Below are positions 52,416-62,700 of a DNA stretch of 64,000 nt, one piece after another. Each line of letters starts with the position of its first letter. Within the stretch, counting starts at the first letter, position 1. Source of the stretch: Candidatus Hydrogenedentota bacterium (lineage in GTDB: Bacteria; Hydrogenedentota; Hydrogenedentia; Hydrogenedentales; SLHB01); assembly GCA_029974275.1 (NCBI GenBank), contig JARKSN010000084.1, positions 1 to 64,000 on the forward strand. The letters run 5' to 3'. The translations under genes were made by a program, and so were the position numbers. A model generated the notes under the pieces. That model was not told the DNA's origin. It made no database searches and worked only from the letters and a program-made list of their open reading frames with translations.

Positions 52416-54770
52416 TCAGAACTGGACAGACCATTCCGCAGGTCCCGCGACATCGCTGCGAAACTGTATGCGTAGCGTTTGACCCTCCAGGGTCATGGCG
52501 GGCAGTCCCGCCGATACGCGCAAAGACGCCGGACGGTAACCGGGCGGACACAAGACCGTAAGGACATAGTCCGTATCGGGAATCGCGCGAAACGAGCCGC
52601 GAAGAATCCGGGCTTGCTCATCCCATAAGAGCGCGGTATGGTCCATCGCGCCTTGGGTGAAATGCCGGTTCGATGCCACAAACATCGGGCGATCGTCGTA
52701 TTTGCGAAAACCAAGCACTTTGACGGCGCCCGGCCGTATCTCGACATTCAATTTTTGGCGCGCCTTGCCCAGATATTCGCCCTTCCAGAAATCGTACACG
52801 ACATAATAGGCATCGGGAGAAAGCCCCAGCGCGGCCAGATCGAGGGTAACGGCGTCAAGACGCGCGGCATCCCAATTAAATAAGCCAAGAATGAGCCATT
52901 TGCCGGCGGGGGTGTCGTATGGCAGCGCCCAGACGCGCGGCATGGCGCCATCAAACAAACCCATGGGCCTGGCGGGACGATCGGGAACAGGCGTCAGACG
53001 TTGAAGAATGTCCAGGTCTTCCTGACTCAATGCCGTCACGGGGCCCGCCAATTGGATCGCGCCGCCGAGCATAGCGGCCGCCGTCAACCGAGCAATCGTC
53101 TGGTCCCTGGCGAGATCGGGGCGCTCAAGCGTTCCTTCTTTGCCCATTGCGCTTCCCGCGGGAGGAAGATATGCGAATCGAGGCGCCCCCATGAAGGGCG
53201 CCAGATAATAGCGTCGCAAAGCACGCTCCAGCGCGGCGTCCATTTCCCCTGGAGATGCACATCGGCTGTCACTATCCACAGCGAACGTTTTGCCTCCCAC
53301 CAGATAGGGCGGTCCGCTGGCAATGATCTGTTTACCGTCGCCCATGCCCCCTTGAAGAGCCTGGATGGCCCGTCGCAACGCCTCGACGCGTGTCTTTCCG
53401 TTCTCGCGGTAGGACTCCGCGCACATCACGTAGCGCAAGGATGGCCCCAGGACAGCGACATCGAAGTTCCATTCTTGCCCTACCCGGCGGCCAAGACCGG
53501 CGAGATACTCGCCGACTTCGGGATCCGTAGGATCAAGAAGGCGCATGCCCGCGACGGAAGACTTCGCGGAAATGGCTGCGAGCCATTCCGGATGGGAGCG
53601 TGCGAGATCGCTGGTTTCGCTGACGAGAAAGGGATCGATATAAAGGCCGGAGCGCAAGCCGCGTTGACGCAGGCCGGCGGCAAGCGATTTCATCCCGCTG
53701 GGAAAACGGTCCACAGCAGGTTCAAAGACATCCGGAGCCTTCTGCCATCCTTTTCCCACTTCGAAATAGTTCCATCCGTATGGCCGCAGTCTGGAGTCCA
53801 ACATGTCCGCTTGGGCAAGAAGAAGGTCTTCGGTTGGCGCAATGCTCCCCTCGCCGCATGCCGAACTCCATCCGCGAGACGGGGCAGGCCGAGAGGCGGT
53901 CCAGCCCTGGACGACTCCCATAGCATGCGCGAAACGCTCCATTCCCTCGTATGGATTGGACTCCGCCGCCGCCACGTACAGCAGCTCCGAATCCAACCTC
54001 CCGCCGGCGGGCACCTCCACAGGCGGATCGTACAGGCATCGCGCTTCAAACACGTCGTATGCGGACTCTGGGGCTTTGGCGGATCGCTCAAGCCGTATTT
54101 GGGTCAAGGCACGCTCGTTGGTAAGAAAACCCGCTATTAGGACGCGCCCGTTGTCCGCGTTGTACGTGACGCTGCTCCACAGGCTTGTGGAACCTCCCGC
54201 GACGAATTCCGGCGTCGCCTCCCACGGGGAATCGGCGGCGGCGTTGATCAAGCTCACCGCATCCTCCCCTCCTTCTCCCAACGAACAGATTCCCTTCGAC
54301 AGTCCCTCGCCAATAGACCACGGAATCAGCATCCGGATGCGGACCGCGGCCGAGGAGGTGTTAAGATAACTCGCCTGAACGGTGAAAAAAGGCTTTCCGG
54401 GATAGACTCGAATCACCCAAAGACAGTCGCCCTTTTGAAGGGCCATGCCTTGGCCCTGCCCCAGACTGTCCTTCACTTCGATTCGGGCGCTGGCATCGCC
54501 CGCGAGGGGCATCGCTTCCGGCGCGTTTTTCCCTTCGAGCCAGATCATCGGGCGGGCGCCGGCGAACACAGAAACGCCCGAAGCCAAGGAGACGTTGAAA
54601 CGTCCGTTTTTTTGGATGTCGATGTCGTACAGGTCCGTATTGAGGGTCCGCAACGTCTGGCCTGGCCGGTACAGCGTGAATGCGACAGCCTGGCGTGCGG
54701 CAAGGCACGCAATCAATACCGCCATCACCCGCAGCGACGCTGCAACACGCCCCGTCTCGTTCCTGTGCAT
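52416..54770 (-). CDS. Secreted alpha-galactosidase-like (GH36/GH27 clan) protein with substituted catalytic motifs
   Basis: Signal peptide; GW.S, RFPSGMKSLA, GLYIDPF, HPEW, LDPTDPEV, GLFNW, VYDFW. DDGW reads GKGW and the KxD region reads VLG. Confidence 0.72.
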   Translation of the reverse strand: MHRNETGRVAASLRVMAVLIACLAARQAVAFTLYRPGQTLRTLNTDLYDIDIQKNGRFNVSLASGVSVFAGARPMIWLEGKNAPEAMPLAGDASARIEVKDSLGQGQGMALQKGDCLWVIRVYPGKPFFTVQASYLNTSSAAVRIRMLIPWSIGEGLSKGICSLGEGGEDAVSLINAAADSPWEATPEFVAGGSTSLWSSVTYNADNGRVLIAGFLTNERALTQIRLERSAKAPESAYDVFEARCLYDPPVEVPAGGRLDSELLYVAAAESNPYEGMERFAHAMGVVQGWTASRPAPSRGWSSACGEGSIAPTEDLLLAQADMLDSRLRPYGWNYFEVGKGWQKAPDVFEPAVDRFPSGMKSLAAGLRQRGLRSGLYIDPFLVSETSDLARSHPEWLAAISAKSSVAGMRLLDPTDPEVGEYLAGLGRRVGQEWNFDVAVLGPSLRYVMCAESYRENGKTRVEALRRAIQALQGGMGDGKQIIASGPPYLVGGKTFAVDSDSRCASPGEMDAALERALRRYYLAPFMGAPRFAYLPPAGSAMGKEGTLERPDLARDQTIARLTAAAMLGGAIQLAGPVTALSQEDLDILQRLTPVPDRPARPMGLFDGAMPRVWALPYDTPAGKWLILGLFNWDAARLDAVTLDLAALGLSPDAYYVVYDFWKGEYLGKARQKLNVEIRPGAVKVLGFRKYDDRPMFVASNRHFTQGAMDHTALLWDEQARILRGSFRAIPDTDYVLTVLCPPGYRPASLRVSAGLPAMTLEGQTLRIQFRSDVAGPAEWSVQF

Positions 54771-54894
54771 GAAGCCCCCTCTCTGTTTCCAATCCCTTGC
54801 CGAAAGGAAAAGTTTCCGTTGGCATTTACCTTACCTTTTTGTTAGGTTCTCGGAAAAGAGGCAAGACGCAACCTCCAGACAAGGCCCCGATACC

Positions 54895-55704
54895 ATGTCG
54901 CATAGACACCGATTTTTCGTTCCTTCGTTCGACGACGCCGAAATACAGTTGCCTCCTTTGGAGGCGCATCACGCCGTGCGTGTGGTGCGGCTTCGGACAG
55001 GCGATCGAGTGGCGCTGTTCGATGGACAGGGCCGCGAGGTTATTGCAACGGTGACGCACATCGACCGTCGCGATGTAATCCTGAAGGTCGAGGAAAGACG
55101 AGAGCCCCGGCCCATGCGTCATCGCCTGACGGTATGCATGGGATGGCTAAAGCGCGACAAGAGCATCGAGTTCGCCATCCGTCACGGCGTGGAGTTGGGC
55201 GTGACGGCGTTTGTTTTTTTTCGCGCCGCGCATTCCGAGCGCGCGCCGCAGCCGGACGAGGCTTGGCAACGTTTGGCAGTGGAATCGTGCAAGCAGTGCG
55301 GACGGCTTTGGCTTCCCTCGTTCGCGGCCTATCCTTCCCTGGACGAAGCGCTGGAAGCGACGCAGGGACCACGCTGGATCGCCACGAAGAGCCGACCCGC
55401 GGTCCCAATCGCCTGTGCCGCGGCGTCGACTGAAAACGCCGTTTTCATTGGTCCCGAGGGCGATTTCACGGACGTCGAGACCGATGCGATCCTGGAGACC
55501 GGCGCCAAGGCCATGTCTCTGGGATCCTTCACGTTTCGCTCCGAGGTGGCTGCGATCGTAGCCTCAACGCTTCTCCTGTACGAGATGGGGGCGTTTGGCG
55601 AGAACGCCGGCGCAACCCGCCTGGGAACGCCCGAGACGATGCGCTATACTGGCGCGGAGGAACACGCGCATGGCTCTGAACGCGACCCAACAACAGCGCA
55701 TTGA
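54895..55704 (+). CDS. rsmE: 16S rRNA m3U1498 methyltransferase
   Basis: HHAVRVVRL, VELGV, ESCKQCGR, IGPEGDF, SLG..FRSEVA. Confidence 0.9.
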   Translation: MSHRHRFFVPSFDDAEIQLPPLEAHHAVRVVRLRTGDRVALFDGQGREVIATVTHIDRRDVILKVEERREPRPMRHRLTVCMGWLKRDKSIEFAIRHGVELGVTAFVFFRAAHSERAPQPDEAWQRLAVESCKQCGRLWLPSFAAYPSLDEALEATQGPRWIATKSRPAVPIACAAASTENAVFIGPEGDFTDVETDAILETGAKAMSLGSFTFRSEVAAIVASTLLLYEMGAFGENAGATRLGTPETMRYTGAEEHAHGSERDPTTAH

Positions 55705-56521
55705 ACGCTATTTTCGGGAGGTGGATGCACATCTCGCGACGACGCCCCTCGAAGTGCGTCGCCGCGCCCTGGAACAATTGCGGGGGCGCGTCGAGTCAGA
55801 ATTGCGCCGCCTCGACCGGCAATCCCTTGCGGATGAAGACATCGATGCCGTGGTTCGCTCGTGCGGCGCGCCCGCCCATCAAGCGCGATCGTTGTTGGAA
55901 CTCCTCGGTTCGAAATCGCGACAGGATCCTGCGGGACTTGCGCTGGACGCGACGGACCCTCGCTGGCTGGGCGTGTGCGGCGGCGTGGCGCGTTGCCTCG
56001 GCATGGAGCCGTTGCCGGTGCGGCTGGTAGCCGTCCTGCTGGGGCTGGCTTTGGGGCCAATCGCGATGCTGGCGTATGTGGGGGGGTATTTTGCGCTCTA
56101 CTTCGGCGCTCCGAGGGCCAAAAACGTTCCGGAGATATCGTGGAGGCGTTTCGCCAGGACGCTAACCATCATTGCGGCGTTGGCTTTCGGGTTGCACGCG
56201 GGCGCCATGTTGTTCCTCGATTTCGCATTGCGTCTTTACGTCCACTATGCGGACGCTCCCCTGACGGACCTTGCCCCATGGACATGGCTGGAGAAGGACC
56301 GCGCGGAGTTGTTCTGGGGGACGCTGGCGTTCGCGGCTCCGTTCGCGATGCTGGGCGGCCTTCCCGCGGCGAATAGCTGGCCGGGAACCGCGTATAAGGT
56401 GGCGCAAGCCATTGTGGCGCTTTACGCGGTCATCCTGTGTTTCGGAATCGCCTCCGCGCTGGCGGGAATGATCCTGCAAACCGGCAAGACGATCGCGGCG
56501 GGCGGTTTGTCAATCGGCTGA
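55670..56521 (+). CDS. PspC-domain membrane protein with N-terminal HAAS-like helical domain
   Basis: IERYFREV..L...G.P..A, then RWLGVCGGVARCLG..PLPVRL (PspC) and several TMs. SD GGAGG. Confidence 0.65.
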   Translation: MALNATQQQRIERYFREVDAHLATTPLEVRRRALEQLRGRVESELRRLDRQSLADEDIDAVVRSCGAPAHQARSLLELLGSKSRQDPAGLALDATDPRWLGVCGGVARCLGMEPLPVRLVAVLLGLALGPIAMLAYVGGYFALYFGAPRAKNVPEISWRRFARTLTIIAALAFGLHAGAMLFLDFALRLYVHYADAPLTDLAPWTWLEKDRAELFWGTLAFAAPFAMLGGLPAANSWPGTAYKVAQAIVALYAVILCFGIASALAGMILQTGKTIAAGGLSIG

Positions 56522-58582
56522 GGACAGCCGCGGCTTGGCATGGCGCGTTCCCGCCGACAACACAACGATCGACCGAGATTCCACGACAATGACGCTCTCG
56601 ATCACGGGCGCCGCCCTGTCTGGGTCACGAACGTCGAACGATTCCCCCGCGGACGTGTCGACACGAAGACGCCAATCCTTGTCGGACAAACGGAAAGATG
56701 CGCGCTTGGACGTCGGATTGAACATGAGATACAGCCAGACGCCGTCGTTCTCCGTGCCATTGATCAACAGCCCCAACCTTGGGTCCTCGTTTTCCCATGT
56801 TTGCCGATCGCCATGGGGATCGAACCAAAGAATGTCCGGTTCCGCCCCAAGCACCGAGGGGAGCCCGGTGAAATAACGCTCCCGCTGAAAAACAGGGTTG
56901 TCCGATCGAAAACGGATCATCTCCGTGCAAAAACGATGCAACTCCTTGTTTTGGGTCAGCAGCGTCCAGTCGTACCAGGAAATTTCGTTGTCCTGACAAT
57001 AGGCGTTGTTATTGCCCTGCTGCGTCCGGCCGAATTCGTCCCCACCCAAAATCATCGGCACCCCGACGGACAACAATAGGGTCGCCATGAAGTTCTTCTG
57101 CATGCGTGCGCGAAGGGCAAGCACCGCGGGATCGGTGGTCTCCCCTTCCGCGCCACAGTTCCAACTGTCGTTGACTTCCATGCCGTCGCGATCGTTCTCG
57201 CCGTTCGCCTTGTTGTGTTTGCGATTGTAAGACACCAAGTCGCGCAGCGTGAAACCGTCGTGCGCGGTGACGAAATTGATGCTTTGCATGGGCCCGCGCC
57301 CTGAGTGTTCATACAAATCCGGGCTTCCCGTGAGACGCAGGGCAAACGCCCCCTTCGCCCCAGAATCGCCGCGCCAATACCGGCGCACATCGTCGCGATA
57401 GCGCCCATTCCACTCCGCCCAACGGGAGTCTCCGAAGGATCCCACTTGGTACGCGCCCCCCGCGTCCCACGCCTCTGCGATGAGCTTGACGTCGCGCAAC
57501 ACGGGGTCCTCCGCGATGCGTTCAATGGTCCCGGCGTTTTCCGTGACGCGGCCCTTTTGGTCCCGTCCCAGGACCGAGGCAAGGTCGAAGCGGAAGCCGT
57601 CTACGTGCATGACCGCCGCCCAATAGCGCAGGCAATCGACGATAAGATCGCGAACGACGGGATGATTGCAATTCAACGTGTTGCCGCAACCGCTGTAGTT
57701 CGCGTAACTGCCATCCGGATCAAGGATGTAGTAGAGAGAGTTGTCGATGCCTCGAAACGACAGCGTGGGGCCTTCCTCGTTTCCTTCCGCCGTGTGGTTG
57801 AAAACGACATCCAAAATCACTTCGATCCCGGCCTGATGCAGCGCCGCCACCATTTCGCGGAACTCGCGGAGTTGTTCGCCCATGCCCTTTTCGCTCGCAT
57901 ACCGGCCGGCCGGCGCGAAAAAGCCGATGGGGTTGTAGCCCCAGTAATTGGTGAGGCGCTCGCCCGTTATGGGATTGCGAACGGGCAGTTCGGTTTCGCC
58001 AATTTCCTGAACGGGCAGCAGGTTGACGGCCGTCACGCCCAAAGCCTTGAGATACGGTATTTTTTGGATAAGAGCCTTATAGGCTCCGGCGTTGACAATC
58101 CCGGAGGAAGGGTGGACCGTAAAGCCGCGGACGTGGGTCTCATAAATAATCGTCTTGCTCATCGGAATGCGCGGTCGCAGATCGTCGATCCAATCTTTAC
58201 TCTCGTCCACGACCATGCACTTTGCATTGCGCGACGCCACGTCGCCCACGATGCATTTTGCATAGGGGTCCAGCAGAAAATATTTGGAATTGAAACGGTG
58301 CCCTCGCGCCGGGTCGTCCGGGCCTTCCACGCGATAAAGATACAATACGCCCGGACCAAGACCTTCGATATAAATGCTCCAGACGTCCCCTACCCGATGC
58401 TTTTCGGGGTCAAACGGTATTTCCACGGCGGGCTTGCGCGCCTTGGGGCCATCAAAAAGGGCAAGCCCCACCCGCGTCGCGTTACGGCTGACGATCGCGA
58501 AGCGGACGCCGGTATCCCCGACGTTCGAACCCAACGGGAAAGCCCGTCCCGGAAGCACATTCAGCATGCTGGCGTCAAGCAT
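56510..58582 (-). CDS. glgX: Glycogen debranching enzyme / isoamylase (GH13)
   Basis: LLDPYA, IYETHVRGFT, NYWGY, DVVFNHTAEG, DGFRFDLA, IAEAWD, TAHDGFTL, GNNNAYCQDN. Confidence 0.95.
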   Translation of the reverse strand: MLDASMLNVLPGRAFPLGSNVGDTGVRFAIVSRNATRVGLALFDGPKARKPAVEIPFDPEKHRVGDVWSIYIEGLGPGVLYLYRVEGPDDPARGHRFNSKYFLLDPYAKCIVGDVASRNAKCMVVDESKDWIDDLRPRIPMSKTIIYETHVRGFTVHPSSGIVNAGAYKALIQKIPYLKALGVTAVNLLPVQEIGETELPVRNPITGERLTNYWGYNPIGFFAPAGRYASEKGMGEQLREFREMVAALHQAGIEVILDVVFNHTAEGNEEGPTLSFRGIDNSLYYILDPDGSYANYSGCGNTLNCNHPVVRDLIVDCLRYWAAVMHVDGFRFDLASVLGRDQKGRVTENAGTIERIAEDPVLRDVKLIAEAWDAGGAYQVGSFGDSRWAEWNGRYRDDVRRYWRGDSGAKGAFALRLTGSPDLYEHSGRGPMQSINFVTAHDGFTLRDLVSYNRKHNKANGENDRDGMEVNDSWNCGAEGETTDPAVLALRARMQKNFMATLLLSVGVPMILGGDEFGRTQQGNNNAYCQDNEISWYDWTLLTQNKELHRFCTEMIRFRSDNPVFQRERYFTGLPSVLGAEPDILWFDPHGDRQTWENEDPRLGLLINGTENDGVWLYLMFNPTSKRASFRLSDKDWRLRVDTSAGESFDVRDPDRAAPVIESVIVVESRSIVVLSAGTRHAKPRLSSAD

Positions 58583-58649
58583 GGGCGTCTATCCATTCTG
58601 GCAATGCAATCAAGTGCCTACCCCTTTCCGCAAACCCGCATCGGCACTC

Positions 58650-59762
58650 CTATCGCCGCCGCCCCGAGCGACGATGCCCCCGGGGCCGTCCGCGTCTCGG
58701 CTCTTGCTCCTGCCGATGTCGTTCGCTCTCTTGCGCGTCGAATCCATCCTCTTCCCAGGGCTGATAGGAATCGGGGTCCTCCTCGGGATCATCGAAGATC
58801 GCGCCTTCCTCCTCCCAGACATCCTCATAGACCGCCTCCGCTTCCTCCGCATCAATCCCGAGAACGCGGTCCTCCTCATCCCACACTTCCACCAGGCGTC
58901 TGCCGCGACGGCGCTTGCGCCAATAGGCCCACAGAGTCAACAGCGCCATCGCTTGGAACAATCCAAATCCTGACACAAGCGACGCGATGACGGCAACCTT
59001 CCACAAAGAAGCGCGCCATTTATCGAAAAAGGGGGCCGGCCCCATTCCCAAGTGACGACGCATGGCGTCGCCGAAGGAAAGCGTGTCAAGGGAATGCAGC
59101 ATGGCCCAGAATGATTCTTCGCCCATCGAAGCGACCAGAAAGGTGGTGAGGGAAAGGCTTTGGGCATAGGCGTTGCCAAAGGCCCTTTCGCCGCGCATGG
59201 CATCGAAGGTCAACACAAGATCGGTATACGGTATGATTTCGCCCTGCACGTACATCTGCGCGATCCGCAAGCTCGTTTCCCAGCGGTACTCGCGCGAGTA
59301 ACGCATGCAGATTCCTTCGTTGAGCCAGTGCGGCAGGTTGGCGAGATTGATGTTGCGGGCCAGCAGCACGTGAAACAGCTCATGGCGCAAGATGCCGGCA
59401 AAGCTCTCCGGGCCTTGTATAAGAGACGGGGCCTTCACCGCGATAATTCCCTTTTCAGACTCCGCAATGCCGGATACGCCGTGAAGCGCCAAAGGCCCTG
59501 CGTATTGGCTGAACTCGGCGATCGAGTGGCATAGGATCACCCGGATTGGATCGTTGCCTGCGGGAAGACGTTGGGCGTTTTCCTGGAGGGCGTCATCAAG
59601 TATTTTGACGGTTTTGCGGAGCAGGCGCCTATCCTGCTCGGAGCTTTCGACCCGCAACACGCCCTTTTCGAAAACAGCCGATTCTCCCCTGCTTTCACAA
59701 GGGAAAACGGCAATCGCCAACATCGCTGCGCAACATCCGAGAAGGAACGGCCGATGTTTCAC
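58650..59762 (-). CDS. Peptidase MA-like zinc metallopeptidase with signal peptide, TM and acidic tail
   Basis: HELFH and WLNEG gluzincin motifs; TM followed by RKRRRGRR and an E/D-rich tail. Confidence 0.75.
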   Translation of the reverse strand: MKHRPFLLGCCAAMLAIAVFPCESRGESAVFEKGVLRVESSEQDRRLLRKTVKILDDALQENAQRLPAGNDPIRVILCHSIAEFSQYAGPLALHGVSGIAESEKGIIAVKAPSLIQGPESFAGILRHELFHVLLARNINLANLPHWLNEGICMRYSREYRWETSLRIAQMYVQGEIIPYTDLVLTFDAMRGERAFGNAYAQSLSLTTFLVASMGEESFWAMLHSLDTLSFGDAMRRHLGMGPAPFFDKWRASLWKVAVIASLVSGFGLFQAMALLTLWAYWRKRRRGRRLVEVWDEEDRVLGIDAEEAEAVYEDVWEEEGAIFDDPEEDPDSYQPWEEDGFDAQESERHRQEQEPRRGRPRGHRRSGRRR

Positions 59763-62700
59763 GATTCCTCCTTTTTCCTCTCTCCAGAAAAAACAGGGAC
59801 GCCATTCAACGTTCGCATGGCCGCCCGGGCGCGTTCCAGAGCGTTATCGATCCGTGCAGGGGAAAGGGGCGTCTCGTGAAGATCGGATGCGTCCGTGTAG
59901 AGAAGATAGGCGGCCGTCGGCGTCCTTCCCGTCAACGCGCGCATTGCCGAGGCGTAGAGCAACAATTGATATTCGTATTGAAGCGAGGAGGCGCGGGTTC
60001 GCTCGCCCGTCTTGTAGTCCAAAATGGGGCCTTGCGGCATGTAGGCGTCGATGGTCCCTGAAAGCAACGCATCATCCACGCGCAGAACAAACGATTTTTC
60101 GCGGACGATCCGGCTGTCCCTGCTCCACCACTGCCGCAGCGGCGAAGCGTGCATGCGCTCGAGCAACAACCGCATATCCCGCTTGAGGGAATCATGCAGC
60201 GACGGAACCGGACAGTAGCGTCGCACAACGGCATCAATCCATATTTCAGCGTTCAGCGTTCCGTCCCAGCGTTCCAGGAGCGCATGTATCATTTCGCCCC
60301 GGACGCGAGCATTCATGAAAAGCGACGAGAGATCAGGCCGAGGACCGTCGGGAGCGGGCGCATTCGGCGCTTCCATCCACTCCCCCGACGCCATCTCGCG
60401 CGCCACCTCCGTAACGCTGAATGCCGAACGCACGATGGGTTTCGACTCGATAGAAGCGACACGGCGAAGAATCGCCGACACGTCGCAACAACAATCCGAT
60501 TGACTCTCCGCGGCAGGCGGCCGCACATCCGGAACAGACCGCCGCACCCGAATCGCGATCGGCGCGCCATCCCTCTTCGGCGAGACAATGGCGCCATCGT
60601 TGGCGGCGAGCACGCCATATTCGCGTTCGAAAACGGCCAGCCAACTCTGCGGGGCCCCGGCTATCGTGGGGGCGCCGCTAAGCGTCAACCAATCCCGCGC
60701 TCGCGTCAAAGCGACGTACAGCAACCGGGCAAACTCGTCCCGCGCACGAAGTTCCCGGTCGAGCCGGATCAATTTTGAGAGCGGTGGCTTGACGCTCCGC
60801 CCCTCCTCGTCGAGAAAACCAACCGCCGGCCCGACTGCGGGGTGCAGATCAAGGGAACCTTCTCCCTCGGATCGGCGGTTCCTGGAAATATCCGGCACAA
60901 AAACAATAGGGTATTCGAGTCCTTTGGATTGATGGATAGTCGTTAGAACAACGGATCCCTCAGGACCAGCCGCCAAAGCGGCTTCTCCTTCCCGCAACTC
61001 TTCCCGGGAAAGACGATCGAGATACCGCACGAACAGCGAAAGCCTCGCCGGACGGGAACGCGTAAAATCCGCCGCGAGATCAAGCGCCTTGCGCAAATTA
61101 AGCGCGCGTCGCCTTCCGAGAAACTGACCCAACGCGATCGCCTCGATATGGGTGCGATGCATGACTTCCGACAGAAAATCATATAGAGGCGCGTCGCGAA
61201 GAAGACGCAACTCCTGAAGCAGGTTGCGCGCCCAATCCAGGTTTTCCCGTTGCGCAAAGTCTTCGGGCGTCCAATCGGAATGAAACGAGTCGGCCAAACC
61301 GCGCCCATGCGCCAGCAACAGAATGGAATCGTCCGAAAGGCCGACCAACGGGCCGCGCAAATACCCTAGCAGCGCTATTTCATTCCATGGATCGCATACG
61401 AGCGTCAAAAAATTGCGCAAGTCCACGATCTCGGGCCGCTGATAATATCCCCGGCCCGCAATCAGCGCGTAGGGAATGCCGCGCTCCTTCAAGGCGCGCT
61501 CGTATGAATGAACATCGTTCAAGGTTCGAAACAGAAGCGCAACGTCGCCAAACTCGGCTGGACGCGAATCCTCGCCCGATCCGATCGAGACGCGATCCGG
61601 ACCGGAACACATCTGAGCGATGCGGCGCGCGATGAGTTCCGCCTCGATCGCGCGATAGTCACTGCGGTTCCTCGCGGGATCGTCCGCCGGCGGCAGGAGA
61701 AATTCGACGCGGCATTCGTTCGCCGGGGGACGGTGCGCTTCGAGAGGTCGGTAGGTCGGCGCAACAGCCGTGAGCAGACCGGTCGACGCAAAAAAGTCGT
61801 TCACGAAACGAAGCAGCTCCGGCGCGCTGCGAAAACTGCTATCGAGGGGGATCGCGTTCTCCGTGCCCGCGGCATTCTGGGCCTTGCAAAACACTTCGAC
61901 CTCCGCGCCTCGAAAAAGGTATATCGATTGCTTCGCATCGCCCACCACGAAAAGATCGGGACCGTTCTCGGCATTTGCGAGCAGTTCGGCGATCTCGAGC
62001 TGACGCGAGTCCGTGTCCTGAAATTCATCGATTAGAAGGTGGCGGATCCCTTGAGCCACTTCCAAACGAATGGATTCCTCCCGGCTCAGCAACCGATGGG
62101 CGGCGCGAATCAGGTCATCGAAATCGCGCACGGACCGTTGTCGTTTCGTCTCGTCATAGGCGGCGGCAATGCACGCGAAGGTGGCAAATAAATCTCGAGT
62201 CATTCGGGCGGCGCGGCGCTCAACATCTGGTTCCGGCTTCTCGAAAACAAAGGCTTTGGCGAATTCGCGTATCTCCGTGATCGCGCGCCCCGCGCATTCG
62301 TACTTCTCCTTAGAATGCCATTTATCCCCGCATGCGCGCCCAGACGGTCGCCCTCCCATCAAGGCGGACAGCTCTCGTTCAATCCGATCAGCCGGCGCAA
62401 CAAGGGGATCGATTGACAAAAACGCAAGCCACTCGCGGCGTTCACGTTCACGCTTCTCGCTTGGATCGTCGCAACCATTTGCCGCCGAGGCCAAATCAGA
62501 ACGCCATCGGCGCACCTCGGGGCGCGTCAAGAATACGGTCGCAAGGCGCGCCGCCTCCTCCGCCAAAACACGGATCCTCGTTGCAATAAGCGTTTCCTCA
62601 TCGAAAAGCCCCCAATCACCGTCGCCTCGTTCGAGAAGATGGCGCCGGTCAAGCATGACGCGAAACATCTGGGAAAGGGTTCGTATGCCAAACTCTACGG

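Noticed and set aside
54818..54847. GTTGGCA...GTTAGGT as a further Pho box upstream of the GH36-like gene
   Set aside because: Units are 23 bp apart rather than 11 or 22, and the middle unit matches poorly.
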